Source of the DNA: Octopus bimaculoides
Taxonomy: Eukaryota
Direction: 5' to 3'
Length of the DNA stretch: 64,000 nt
NCBI RefSeq assembly: GCF_001194135.2
Contig: NC_068986.1
Coordinates: 89,224,942 to 89,288,941, forward strand
The notes below the pieces were generated by a model. That model saw only the letters and a list, made by a program, of their open reading frames with translations, had not been told where the DNA came from and searched no databases. Position numbers and translations under genes: made by a program. Below are positions 38,601 through 53,300 of the stretch, piece after piece (position 1 is the stretch's first letter; the number at the start of each line of letters is the position of its first letter).

Positions 38601-41600
38601 AGCAACATTTACATAGGTAAACGTTTCATTCTACATAAAAGCACACAGAAGAAAGATGTTTTAGACTTCTAGAATTATGGTCTAAAGTTTTATCGCTCTG
38701 ATCGTCCCATTGCTATTTGTTTACCAAGGACTACATTGTCCATGATTTCTTTCTAGTTTTGTTATTACTTGAAGATGTAGCTGCTATTTCTAGACATTTC
38801 ATGAACCACTTAAAGTCACCTTTCTTGAATACTGAGTGTATGAATTAATATGCTCTGCCCTTTTGAATAAGGTATGCTGAGAGTTATCCCAAGGAAACAA
38901 ATTATTTATAAGACTGTGCAGGGCCTGTCATGTTTCATCACGAATAAGATCAAGCAGTGACTCACTTGGTATGTATGTGCGTGTGACTGAGACATGATTG
39001 ACATTTTGTACAGCCCAAAACGGTGTACGATGAGTGACGTAACTGGCCTATCGGATTTCTCATGAGCTTCCGACTGGGCTTTCTCAAGTACATAGAAACT
39101 TCGTTTATTTATGATTTATAAATTGGAGTTGACAGGTCACAAATTCATAAACGTAACTCTATAATACTGTTTTCTGGAAACTACGCATAAAATGCTTTTT
39201 CTTAGTGACTGTTAGGATTTTAAAATAGACGAACCGTTTGCTATTGAATGTTTCAGGTTTGGAAGTCAACGAAATATTCAGAAGATTGTTATTGTAGCAC
39301 AAATGATTTATAGTAGGTAGAATAGTTTTCTGGTATCAGTTACAATACTGAGTGGGGTAGGTTTCAATTCATAATGCTTATGATCATTAAGATATCAATC
39401 AAATTATTTACCAATAATTGGTAAATAATCACTGCAAGTGACATTATGAGAATTATGGATAGCATGCTTGGCAAAACACGTTTCCAAAGCAAAGCACTAC
39501 ATTTACATAATGATCCCATGATTAGGAAGCATAATATGTGGGCCCTCTTCATAGACCTTCATCTTGATGTTATATTTCTGCGTAGCACTGCAAACGACAA
39601 AAGAATTGTAAAATATCTAGATTAATAAATCCGAAATTCTCACTGTCCGTCCGAAACCCATGTACCTCAGTCTAGATTTGTTGTACATTGTTATATAGCT
39701 ATTTGGAATCAGGATGATTCCGGGATTGAAAACCTGCCCTTCATTTGGTCCTTGAATATCAAGCATTGGAATCTGATTTAAAAGCATGTGGATAGCTATT
39801 TATTGCAGGCGAAGCTTGCCTGAATCACGCCATCTTGGTTGACGTATCTCATATGATGTCAGAGATCAAAGGGGCGATAGATAACATTCGCTTCGTTAAC
39901 GTCGAGATAAGAACTTTGGGACAAATTAGCCAACAGCTTGGAATTCGACATCAGAGTGGAGCAATAGAATGACTGCATTACAGAATAAATTCTCATCCTT
40001 CCATAACCTCTGATCAAACACCACCGGAGTATATAGTTATTATAGACGCATTATAGTCATGCTATTTAGCTCTCTCTCTCTAGTTTTGGTCCACAGGCCC
40101 AATTAGAACTTCGCAGGAGGTAGCTCAGAAGTCCACACGGAATGCGGTTTTCAAGCGAGTATGTTATAAGAGAGATTTTGAGAACAAAAATAAATCGCAT
40201 TAAACGTACAATTATCTTTTTAAACTACACAGAACAAAAAATAATCCAGAAACAGCCAGCATTTAAAAGTTATCAACATTACTTTTATCTAATTTTAAAA
40301 TTACAACACAATCCACATCAGTTGGAGTGCACAAAATCGCAGTTATATAAATAACAACCATTCCATCGTCAATCTCTACATTGCAACAGATAACCTGGAT
40401 TAGGAATAAAAGTTAATGTTTTAAATTATGGTACACCATGTTGTTTTTCGTCTTTATGATAAGGTTATTTTGATAAATTCAGACGGAATATGTCACATTT
40501 ATAGCCCATGAAGAACAACGTGACTGCATGGAAATATATAGATCAACTTGCTTGAAAGCCTTTAGCGAATATCCTGAACTGAATCCAGACAGAAACTATT
40601 GCAGGTACGTACATTTACGTACTGCTATCTCTAATATCTTTATATTTATTTAATATTTGCATAAATAAATAGATAACTGCGTAGTTAAGAAAATCCTTTT
40701 GTGACTATGTGATTCCGGATTCTGTTTCACTGCGTAACTCCTTTGTCAATATATATGTTAAAATAGTACCGTAAATGAATGTGCATGTGTGTGTCCGTTA
40801 TTGTTAGACAAGTGGTTTGCATCATCGTAACTTAGTGGTTCGTCAAACGATATCGATAGAATCAGTATCAAGTTTATATTATTTCCTTTCAGTTTTATCA
40901 ATTAATGTCCAGTTAAGAACTAAAGATGATTGCAGTCCAATAACCACAGCAATTAAAAGAACAAATGATGAAATACTACAACAACATATCAACAGTTAAT
41001 TACATTCGTACTGGACTTGAAATAATCGGTTGGAGTGCGATAGTTCTGTAGGTTACTTTACTTTGTTGGTACTAATTATATTGACTGAGCTAAGGATGGC
41101 GCATATCGATCACATTTACATTTGAACATACGTTTTACAGATTACTAAATATAAGGCTGATTTCTCATATAGAGACAAACACAATTATGTAACTCCAGCA
41201 TCCAACGACGAATTATTTTATATTCTTCGTCATATGAATGGATAATTACTCAAGGCAGTTATTTCACCACATAATGAATACAATGTTTTTATCGCTAGCT
41301 CTTTTGAACTTGGATATTAATATCGTGTTGGTGTATCTCTGGCAAAATGGTTAGAGTATACTAATATACTTAATAGGAGAGGTTAGGAAGGAAATAATTT
41401 AAGATAACATAAAACAAGATAAAATACAATTAAAAGTAGTAGAGTGAACATATGTAAGAGGTTTTATTTTCCGTAACAGATTTATGAGTATAAAAGTTTT
41501 AAAGGTAAAACGGCAACAAAAACCACAGCAGCAACAACATCAATAACTCGTCTCGCCCTTTTTAGATAGACTGGGGACCGTTGATGAAAAATGGGTCTTC

Positions 41601-42649
41601 TATCAAAATCTAAACATTGTTTTGATGAAGGGGTAAAAGCCCGAATACAACCGAAAGGGGAACTCCATATGAAGAAGGTTCTTCTCTCTGTTTGGTGGGA
41701 TTGCAAAAAGGTCTTCCGCTTTGAATTGCTACGAACTAATGCGCAACAATCAATAGGCAAATCTACTCTCAGTAATTAGAGTATTAGTGATTCGAAAGTG
41801 AATGGTATTTCATCAGGACAATGCAAGACCCTACACAGCAAAGATCATCACGTCACAAAACATCGAGGAACTTGACTGAAAGAGAGTTGCTCATCCGCCC
41901 TGTTCCCCAGACCTTGCACATTCAGGTTACCATTTGTTCGGTAGTTTACAGAATCATTTGGATGTAATAACTCTCGAAATAACTGAGGGAGTCGAAACTG
42001 ACCTTTCGGAGTTCTTCTCTTCGAAACCGAAACAGTTTTTCACTAAAGGGATCAAAAAGTTTACGAGTAGATGGAAATATGCTATAGATAATCATGGGAA
42101 CTATATTGACGTTTAAGTTTCATATGATCACTTGCTTTCCTTATTTAAAATTAGGACATTATTTATGGGATGGCCTGATATCCTTAATCACTTACATCCA
42201 TGAAACTTTCATATCCATAAATCTGTTACGGAAAAGTAAACCTCCTCATGCTTCTTCCAATTCTATGAATTTGTATTGTATTTTATCTTGTGTTATTTTT
42301 CATTTATTTTATTTCCGTCAAAACTCTCCTACTAACGTTATCCTGATATCTTACTATATGGGTATTTTAATATATCAATCTTTAAAAGATTATAACTTCA
42401 GTGTATCATTAAAACAAAGTATTGTCATTATTTACATTTGACGGTTATTTGTCCTCATCTTGTTTGTTGTTAATACCGTTGTATTCGGCTGATATACCTT
42501 CCAGCCTTCGTCAGGTGCCTTGGGGAAATTTCGAACTACTACGCCAATATGCCCGTTGGCATATGGCGTAGTAGTTAAGAGCGCAGGCTACTTACCCCAA
42601 GATTCCGAGTTCAATTCCAAGCAGTGGCCTGAATAATAATAATAATAAT

Positions 42650-42689
<40 letters not shown>

Positions 42690-45246
42690 TCAAAAATACC
42701 TTAGGAATGAGAACCCAGGTTCGAAATTTTCCCAAGACATCTGATGAAGGCTGGAGGGTATATCAGCCGAGACGTTGTGTTAACAACAAACAAGGTGAAG
42801 TCAAATATCTGCCATATGTAAATAATGTACATAATTCTTCATCTCTTAAATATAGAACTGGAAGTTACTGCAAATTTACACATATTTTTTACCAGTTTTT
42901 CCATATATATATATATACATACATCTTGCAGACGACTCATCGAATTCGAAAAGTGTGCTGAAAGCGATAACGACAAGCATTGCAAAATTTATCTTCGCTT
43001 ACTCTATACTATGAATTGTGGAGGTAAGAATGACTTATACAGAATGAATGTAAAGCATTCATTAAAATATTAAATCTAACTGTAACATTATTAATACGTC
43101 TTTCAGCAGCCATAATCAGTGTGATATTACAAATTTGAAACATCACAGCCACAAGAAAAATATATGCAACCTACCTTATTAAACGCTTTTCCAGACTAGG
43201 GTACTCTCTACTACACACAAGACAAATAACTCAACCTGATACACGCAAATACCTTAGACTGTATCTTTTTCTCTACATTTCTGAATGGCACCATAACTCA
43301 GAATTATGAATATAGAAGTCCCCCTCATGATGGCACTAGGTGTGATAGATCGATGATTCGGAAAACTAGATTACAGAGAGTAATGTGATTATTATACATT
43401 TTTCTTTAAATCTAAATCAAGTATCCCCATCGTTTCCTATACGCAAATTTACAATATTACATAGCGAAAATATTTTTGTCACCGTCAAGCAACGTATTTA
43501 TGTTGGCACTCTGAGGCTTACGACGTCGGGGGTTCCAGTTGATCCGATCAACGGAACAGCTTGCTCGTGAAATTAACGTGCAAGTGGTTGAGCATTCCAC
43601 AGACACGTGTACCCTTAACGTAGTTCTCGGGGATATTCAGCGTGACACAGTGTGACAAGGCTGACCTTTTGAATTACAGGCACAACAGAAACTGGAAGTA
43701 AGAGCGAGAGAAAGTTTTGGTGGAAGAGTACCACAGGGTTCGCCACCATCCCCTGCCGGAGCCTCGTGGAGCTTTAGGTGTTTTCGCTCAATAAACACTC
43801 ACAACGCCCGATCTGGGAATCGAAATCGCGATCCTATGACCGCGAGTCCGCTGCCCTAACCACTGGGCCATTGCGCCTCCACCAAGCAACGTAATATACA
43901 TTACAAATGATAACGTGGATTGTGAACAAGGTAAAAAGTTTTAAATTATGGTGTGTACAGTATAACACTTTCTTAGTATGCCAAACGTATTTTTTTAGAT
44001 TTAAAGAAAAAATGTTAAAATGTTTTGCAGTGGAAAAAATTTGCTTACGTGCGATTGAATCAAAATGTGAACATGCTGAAAAAGAGTATCCCATAAGTAA
44101 CCCAGATTTGAATTACTGCAAGTACATATATTTTCTTACATATCTGACTATTATTATTACATCTAATATTTACATATTTGTATATTTGATTGTACAGTTG
44201 CACCATAAATTATTAATTAGAAATGTTTGTTATATTGGTACAAGCCTAGAAATGCGTACTCGAAGTGTATTTGATTCAACAGAAAATAATAATTGACTCC
44301 TGCAAATTACACCGATCTAAACACGATGCATATCGACGACATTATGACTTGTACTGACTATTGGCAGATTACCGAATATATACGTAATTCCAAGGAGGGA
44401 CACAAGTCAAAAGATACACATTTTGGACAATGGTTCTTGAACAATTCAAGAGCAATTTCCCAAGTGAAATGCGCCAGCACCTTTTAAAATTTAATCTGCA
44501 TTTCCAAATTTAGAAATCAGTTTATAATACACATACAATTCCCCTCTCAAAAAGGAATTACATTGCTGTCCCGAAAATATAAAAATTAAACACAGTGACA
44601 ACTAGATTTTAGCATGTAGAAAAGATATTGTTACTAGATATTTTAACCGTAGCGAAATTTAAGCTGAGTACTTCGATAATCAAAAATATTGATGAAATTA
44701 TTAAAAGCTAGCAGGACATATTGAAAACAATATGAAATTTCAAACGAGCAAGAAATTTCAAAAACCTCTTTTCAAATCCTGACATTTCATTAAAACTGTA
44801 ATTTCAGATATATTCAAAATGAACATGTAAGCATAGGTGTGGCTATATGTATGAAGTTTGCTTCCCAACCGGGTTCAGTCTAATATACCTTCGAGCAAAC
44901 CAAGGACTTGTTAGTGGATTTGATTGGCAAAAACTGAAAGAACTCCGTCGTATATAGATATATATATATATGTGTGTGGGGGGGGGGTGAGTCTGTGTCC
45001 CCTTCCACCGCTTGACAACCGATGTTAGTGCGNNNNNNNNNNNNNNNNNNNNNNNNNNNNNNNNNNNNNNNNNNNNNNNNNNNNNNNNNNNNNNNNNNNN
45101 NNNNNNNNNNNNNNNNNNNNNNNNNNNNNNNNNNNNNNNNNNNNNNNNNNNNNNNNNNNNNNNNNNNNNNNNNNNNNNNNNNNNNNNNNNNNNNNNNNNN
45201 NNNNNNNNNNNNNNNNNNNNNNNNNNNNNNNNNNNNNNNNNNNNNN

Positions 45247-45278
<32 letters not shown>

Positions 45279-45813
45279 GCTTTCGGGTCGAATGTTTTTT
45301 TTATACGGTGCTGTATTTTACAATCCTGTAAATACTAATAATGGTATTTTTTATATAAGCTTAAAGCTTATAGCGATCACCGTGCAATGACTAACGAAAT
45401 AGTTTGATAAGAGGGCGTATAAGACCTCGACAGAAAAAAGCAGGCTTTCCTATCCGCGTTGGAGTCGAAACTACATCCCTTTGTTAACGCGACTAAGTGT
45501 GTTACCTTTACACCAGTGAATCGTGTAACGGTAACACACTTAGTCGCGTTAACGAAGGGATGTAGGTTCGACTGCCACGCGGATAGGAAAGCCTTCTTCT
45601 TTCCGTCGAGGGCTTATATACCTCGTTATTAGAGTATTTTCCTTAGCCATTTCAGATATGTATATTTCTTATAATTTAGAACTAACAGTAAAAAGTTGTG
45701 ATTATAGTACTCGGAGTACTATAATGACAGCTTTAACTGTTTGGTCTAAATTCTAACATATATAAATAATCATCTATTTGGCTAATTTCGAGGTCTCATT
45801 GTTTTGTAGTTAC

Positions 45814-45885
<72 letters not shown>

Positions 45886-47362
45886 TTAAATGAAGTAGCC
45901 AGTAGTACAGTCTGAGTGGGAATATATGGTTAAGTTTATGGAGCTCTCTGATAATCTCTCTTTGAGTCTCCTATCCCATCATGCCATAAATAGTTTAGTC
46001 ACATCGCCAGAGAAACTGACATCGGTGGCTGCGCTTTTCTCTTGGGCGTAACCTTGGTATTAAACTTGAATATCTGGACCTTGAATGTGACTCTGGTACT
46101 CGCACCCACTGCACGTACGACCATCTTTGTAACCTGATCGTTGATATAAGCCTAAGATGAAGGTATAGGCATTGGTACCAGTGTCACTGGTGATGTGTTG
46201 TGACTAAGCTCGTCAGTGCTCTTCAGTGCTCTACCAACATGCTCAAGTAGAAGATAGAGGCTCGATTAATAATATAGAGGTAAAGTTATTATACACGCAT
46301 AGAACAGACACGATATTTATACAGATTACAAAGATTGCACACAGTAATAAACAGACGAAGCGTCAACAAAAGACACGAATGGAACAATATCACCCATCCA
46401 CTACAACACCACGCAACACGACGACTAAAGACAGAAGGATGAGAAAAACTGTTACAAACATTCCAGAACAAACAAAAGACAACCATGCACATACTTATGA
46501 TGAAATATACGAAATAGAGATAAATAGATAAACAAAAGAAACTATACGAAAAGGCACGGGTACAAACAATAGAGTAAGCAAACCAAAATATATGCACACA
46601 AACATATGCAGTAACTTCACAAACTGCCGCAACAGCATGAACATCAACAACAACAACTGCCCCAATGGTAACGACATGAACAAACACGCAAACATAGAAT
46701 GCTACAAAGCAATATCAAAATAAGGGCCAAGAACAGATTTACTAGATTGCTGATATTTAGCAATGGTTTTTCCCATTGTGTTGATTTGTCATTTTCTATG
46801 ATCAATAAAACTATCGGAACTTTTGACGACACAGATATGTTGATATATAGAAAAAACTGTCCAACTACCATCACGGCTCAGTCAACCATTTAAGATTATT
46901 TTCATTTCATTTCATTTCATTTGAGTTCAGTCCAGGTACATATCTACCTGTGTATCTATAAATATATCTCTCTATTTGCATATTGGTATATCTATATACT
47001 CAACTATGTACCAATCTATCTAGCTAGGCAATCATATCTACACTCACTTCTGTATATCTCCTCTCATAATACCGATAAGTATTTGAACTAAACAAAATAT
47101 GAATAATGATGCCACGGCATAGTTATAGCCGTTGATTTGGAACGTTAAAAGATAAAAGCGTAATATCTACAGTTATTTGCTAACACGGTTATTTCGCTTT
47201 AATTCAACTATCTATCGATAATTATTTTATCGTATTAATTCATAAAACTTCATGATATTGTCTCACTATGTTAAACATTTCGACTGCAGTTGTGATTAGA
47301 TCACGCAAAAGCAGAATAATAGCGGTCTTCTCCTCCTCCTCTTTATCTCTGTATATATGTGT

Positions 47363-47398
<36 letters not shown>

Positions 47399-50300
47399 AA
47401 ACGCGTGCGTGCATACACACATATACACGCGCACGCGCACACACACACACATACNNNNNNNNNNNNNNNNNNNNNNNNNNNNNNNNNNNNNNNNNNNNNN
47501 NNNNNNNNNNNNNNNNNNNNNNNNNNNNNNNNNNNNNNNNNNNNNNNNNNNNNNNNNNNNNNNNNNNNNNNNNNNNNNNNNNNNNNNNNNNNNNNNNNNN
47601 NNNNNNNNNNNNNNNNNNNNNNNNNNNNNNNNNNNNNNNNNNNNNNNNNNNNNNNNNNNNNNNNNNNNNNNNNNNNNNNNNNNNNACGTTCTGAGTTCAA
47701 ATTCCGCCGAGGTCGACTTTGCCTTTCATCCTTTCGGGGTCGATTAAATAAGTACCAGTTACGCACTGGGGTCGATATAATCGACTTAATCCGTTTGTCT
47801 GTCCTTGTTTGTCCCCTCTGTGTGTAGCTCCTTGTGGGCAGTAAAGAAATAAGATACGTTAGCACGCCGGGCGAAATGCTTAGTGGTATTTCGTCTGTTT
47901 TTACGTTCTGAGTTCAAATTCCGCCGAGGTCCATTTTGCCTTTCATCCTTTCGGGATCGATAAATTAAGTACCAGTTGTGTACTGGGGTTGATCTAATCC
48001 ACTGGCCCCCTCCCCAAAAATTTTGGGCCCTGTGCCTAGAATAGAAAAGAATATTTATTGACCGAAATGGTAAATTAAGATAGCAATTAGAAAACACGTT
48101 ACTTTTGCCAAGTAAGGTCATAACTATGAACTTTATATTAATGGTACGGACAGTTTTTCCTTAGTCCTCCATGTACGCAAGCTTTTGTTATTATCATCCA
48201 TTTGAATTACAAACTACAAAATACACATTACATCAGATAAGTTGGAATGGACATTATAATGATCATAATTTTTTTCTTTTAAATCTAACTGAAGTACGTC
48301 CATCAAGTGCCACACACAAAATCGCAGCAATTCAGGCAGAAAGCAACTTCGTCACCATAAAGTCACGTAATATAGATTAAAAATCTAATACTGATTAAGA
48401 CCAGAATTAAATTATTTAATTTATGTTGTGTCTTCTAGTATTTCCTCATTGTATCAAGTTTATTTTTGATAACCAAAGAATCTGTCCAATTTTTACGTGT
48501 CGTAGATGATGACAAATGTATAGACGAGTTCCAAAGAATTTGTCGCTCAGGGGAAGACATGTATGCTATGCGGATTCCAGATACAAATTTCTGCCCGTAC
48601 GTATATTTTCTTACTGCTTTCTTACAACGTAACTATACAGTGATACATTCAAATGTTTAATCATGGATTAGTGGAGAGTCTTGAGACATTCGCAGTTGAT
48701 GGTGGTGCAAAATTTTCTAAATTTTACTTATATTTTACAAAAGTTTAATCTTTTACTTTTTTCAGTTCCAGGGATGTTGCCGTGCCCCGGTATGGTGTTG
48801 CTAAACATTCATTAATGCTCCTTTAATAGTTGTCATTTGGTGAATGCGGGAGTTTGATGATGCTGCCCTCATTCGCACTTCTTACCATGAAGTTGGTTCA
48901 TCTGGAACTCTTGTTAGCAGGAGATCTAGTTCAGTTTTGGAGTCATTAACATCCACACTGTGTAGATCTCTCATCCCCTTCGCGAGGATATTGAAGGGTT
49001 GTGGTCCCTTAAATCCCAAGCTATTGCAGGATATGGACCTACATTTTGACGGCAAGTGAGGGATTTAGACATTGCAACATGGCGCACTATTTTGATGTTT
49101 GTATAACTTTCCCTGCAAAGCTTACGACAAGTCCTTCTAGGATCTTCCAGAGATATATCATGACATATTTTTCCAGTCTTCGCTACAATGAGTAAAATCC
49201 TAACGTTTCCAGTTTTTCCCAGTAGCTAATTTGCTTCATTGAGCCTATCTTTTTACATGTAGCTTCCCAAGACTGCTTCACATTCTGCTATTAAAGGAAA
49301 TTTTTGTACTGCCTCATGCAGTTATGGCACAGATTTGGGTGTGTGAAACGGCAGTTTACACAGTCGTCTGCATGCCAGCAAATACCGTGCAGGTAAAACT
49401 TACATACCTGTGTGTTCTCCATCTATTTTCCATTTGTATTCTCCAGGTTCTTTCTTGTCTTAATGTTTTCTTTAATTTTTAATTATTGGTACTTTCACGT
49501 ATGTACATCCTACCTTATTTCTTTATTTGGTTGTTCTTCTTGGGAGCTGATTTTTGGATCCTTCTTATCTTTTATTTGTACCGTCATCATCTTTTTGTCC
49601 CTGTTTCTTTTTAGCAGCTTTTGATTTCCTTTCCTCTCTTAATTTCATTTTCTTCTTTTTTTTTACCCTTTCATCTCTTTCATTGTGGTTGGGCCACTAC
49701 TGATGGTGTCTCCGCTTGCCGATCTCTCCAGCATGGTTATAACAGAATATGTGATCCTCATATTTTGATGAGTGTTAGTATAATATAAGCGAAAAAAAGA
49801 TTTTGTAGCTTAGCGTGTCTAATAGGTTCGAAATGCTTAATACATAATTTGATAAGTTTTTATTTATTTTTTAGTAAGGACACTTTTTGTCTTCGTCATA
49901 TATACCTGTTGATACCTTCACTGAATATGATTTTATAAAAAGTAAAATAGAATAAATAATATTAACCATTAAAATATAGCATTGTGGGGGCTCTGTGTAC
50001 GTAAGGAATCAAAAATATGTTTATATAAAAATTATAAAACCCCAAATTATTTTTGATTATAGTTTCTCGTAACCCGAGAAAGACGGTTCTGAAATTACTT
50101 GATGCACAGGATGCACAAACGATTTATTTATAGTGATCCAATATTTGAGCTGCACATTAGCTCACTTCTTCCATCAAATAGGCGTTATCTGCTCCATGTA
50201 AGGCATCGAACTGATCGCCATGCAACAGAATATGAAGTATTATTTTGAAGAACACATCCCATCACCCGATTCAGGCATTGAAACCTCGATCTCGTCATTG

Positions 50301-53300
50301 AGAGAGCAACATCCTAAGCACTAGATCATGCACCCTAGCTGTTAGGGTATTCTTTCTATTGAAATGTCTTATGCAGTGTTACCAGTAATTTTGTTCAAAT
50401 CTCTATCATTTACCAAAATTTGAGGCAAGCGATCAGGGCACAGTCGTATAGATTTTATGCATTGCCATTGAACCTGTAGTTCAATCGAGATCAACGCAGT
50501 CCTTGAGAAAATAATATTTAAATATTAAGTTAATTGAAATTATGAAACGAAAGATTCAGAGGTTCTCATATCAAACACCCAATGTTTAGAATTGAATTAC
50601 CTACATGGTATCGAAGTCGTCATGAATAAATAAATATTATTCAATCCATTGTAGCGGTTGGATAATTCATGATTTTTAGTCACAACAATGATATGTAAAA
50701 CAAAGTAAAGATATCGTTTTGACTTATTGTTAATTCTTAAATTTAAAACAATCTTGTCAGAATTTTTTAAACGAAGTAGGCCAAATATTTTTGTTTTAAA
50801 TTTCATTTTATTTCCAGAGAGATGTATGTTAAGAATCCCTGTCTTAATTAGTAAATATTCTATATAAAAGTTAGACACAGTGGCAATTTTATCTAAGAAA
50901 ATAAACGATGTATCTATAACTGGGTATTTAAAACTGGTACATAATTTGTCAATACTAGTAACGTTTAAAATCAGTACATTAATAATCGAAAATATTTTAA
51001 ACATCGTCAGCATTCTTCTTGAGAAATTATTTTTCTCCTGTTTGTATATTCCAGACGCCTCCGAGTATACATGGTATGCGCTGATGAGGAGAAACATAAG
51101 TGTAAAAAGCACTTCGACGACCTCTATCTCGAAAAATGTACCAGTAAGATTATATTTATTCATTTTGCCTTACTGGTGATTCTACTATGTTAATTCAAAA
51201 CCAGGATTAAATTTCATATCTCGCTAGCTTTGATTTTGTTTTCAATAAAATTTAAATTTTGAAATATCAACTTTACCAATGGAAGCATATATCTTCATCA
51301 GTTCCTGATGCAGTCGTAGAGGCGGTTTCCTCATATTTTGTAGACCAGACAAGAAATCAGTAAGAGTTGGTACTGTCACTACTAAACTTCTGAATAACGG
51401 AGGAATACTCATAATAGACATTCTTATCACAAACTACTGCATAGCAAAGCAAACAGAGTGGTAAATGGTGTAGATTCTGTTACTGATCGTAATGCTTCCT
51501 AAGTACTACGATCTTCGATTATGTCAGCATGGGCGTACCAACAGAAAAATCAAACATGCAAAAAAGTTGATGCGTAGAGATTTTGTGAATTGCTTGAGAT
51601 ATTACGCTATAGCAACCATAATCTGTGATCAGATATTTCTACGAGAAATAAATTCAGCATTAATCAGAAACCATGAACTAATTCAACACGAGATAGATGT
51701 TGAATCATATCGCACAGTTTAACAACAAGGCACCTTTGAGGATATTGTATATATGGAAACTCTCGTCATTGGAGTAAAAACCTCCCATGTCCAGTGTGTC
51801 CACGTTTCTTGATGACATTTAGGAACTATCAGGGAATGAAATGAATTGTTAAATTGAGCCAAACAAATTCACAGTGTCACCAGCGTTGGGGAAACTGATG
51901 TCAATCATAAATCTTTCTGAAACCCCTCTCGAGACAATATTAACATGGCTCGATGGATATAAGAACACAGAATCTTGGCTAACAACAATGCACCTAGTAA
52001 TGTTATAGGTATGGTTGCAGATCATAGTGCGTATGAGAAGCGTTTAGCGGCTTTATTGTGTCATATTTGTGATGATGTATCATAGTAATCATGATGATAA
52101 TGTTGCTACAAAACGATCCGGTTAAGAATCGAGCAACTGGAGCAGAGCGATCCTAATGATTTTTCTTGAGTACATGCGATCTAAGATTATTACCGGAAAG
52201 CCTGACATCCCTGGAAAGTAGTTTTTCTTTCTTACTACATATATGTGGTGAAATTTTATGTACGTATGTTTCATGAACAATGCCAGGGAGGAAATGCTGT
52301 ATCACAGTATCCTCAAAATAACAGATTAAGTGTGGTTTAGTAGTTAATCTTCAAGAACATTGAATTATTTTGATACTCATTGTTTAATGATTTATACCTA
52401 ACAATTTCCTGAAAAATCTTGATTGATGGCCTTATAGAAACCCTTATTCAAATATACCTTACCAAGCACATTTTCAAACAAGAATTCAATCGCTTACAAA
52501 GAAAACAAAACCAGGAGGCCTATAACATGCACTATTCATCCATACTTTAATATTTTCGTTGTATTTGTGCATAACAGCGTGAACTATATAGAGAAATTGA
52601 AAAGTATAAACACGGTATAAGAAAATTGTTGAAAATATAAATACTCACAGGGAACCGAAAATCAGATACATATTTTCAAACACACCAAAATCCAAAAAAT
52701 ATATTATAATCTAATGAATACAAATATTATTTTTAATCGACCATTAAAATTACACCTCCAACCAAGCGGTTTTCTTTGCACAATATCAAAGAATTTTTAT
52801 AGCATCCATTCCATCTTCAACCCACATTTTGTAGATGACAAAAGATAAGGGAAACGCAGATTAGAATTGTTTGAATTTATAGTACTATGTAATTTTTCGT
52901 CGTTATAAGAATATTTATGAATTGAAAAATCCAAAATGTCTAATTTGCAGGACATGTAGAAGTAGGTGATTGCGAACCAATGTACTTATCAACTTGCTAT
53001 GAAGCCATAAGAGACTACCCACACAAGAATCCGGATACAAACCTCTGCTTGTAAGTACATATACAGGGCGCGATGAATAAACTGTCGTCTAAATTACGCA
53101 AAAACGAAAATAACACTGACAACTCATTTCAACAGATATATTTACCAAAATTACATAAAAAAAACCTTGAAATACTAAAGAATAAATCAATTCAATAAAC
53201 TCGCCATTGGCTACAACCACGGCCTTCAGACGACTTCGGAATCTCCTGCAACTCTTCAGGACGGTCTCCTCGTTTAAGTTGGTGAACGCTGCCATAATCA

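Noticed and set aside
42558-42630. tRNA-like segments (also at 26214, 43505 and 54799)
   Set aside because: These are SINE heads with A/B boxes and repeat bodies, not tRNA genes.
50597-51179. 188-aa minus-strand ORF and 99-aa plus-strand ORF
   Set aside because: AT-rich low-complexity frames overlapping the real exon B7; no recognisable motifs.
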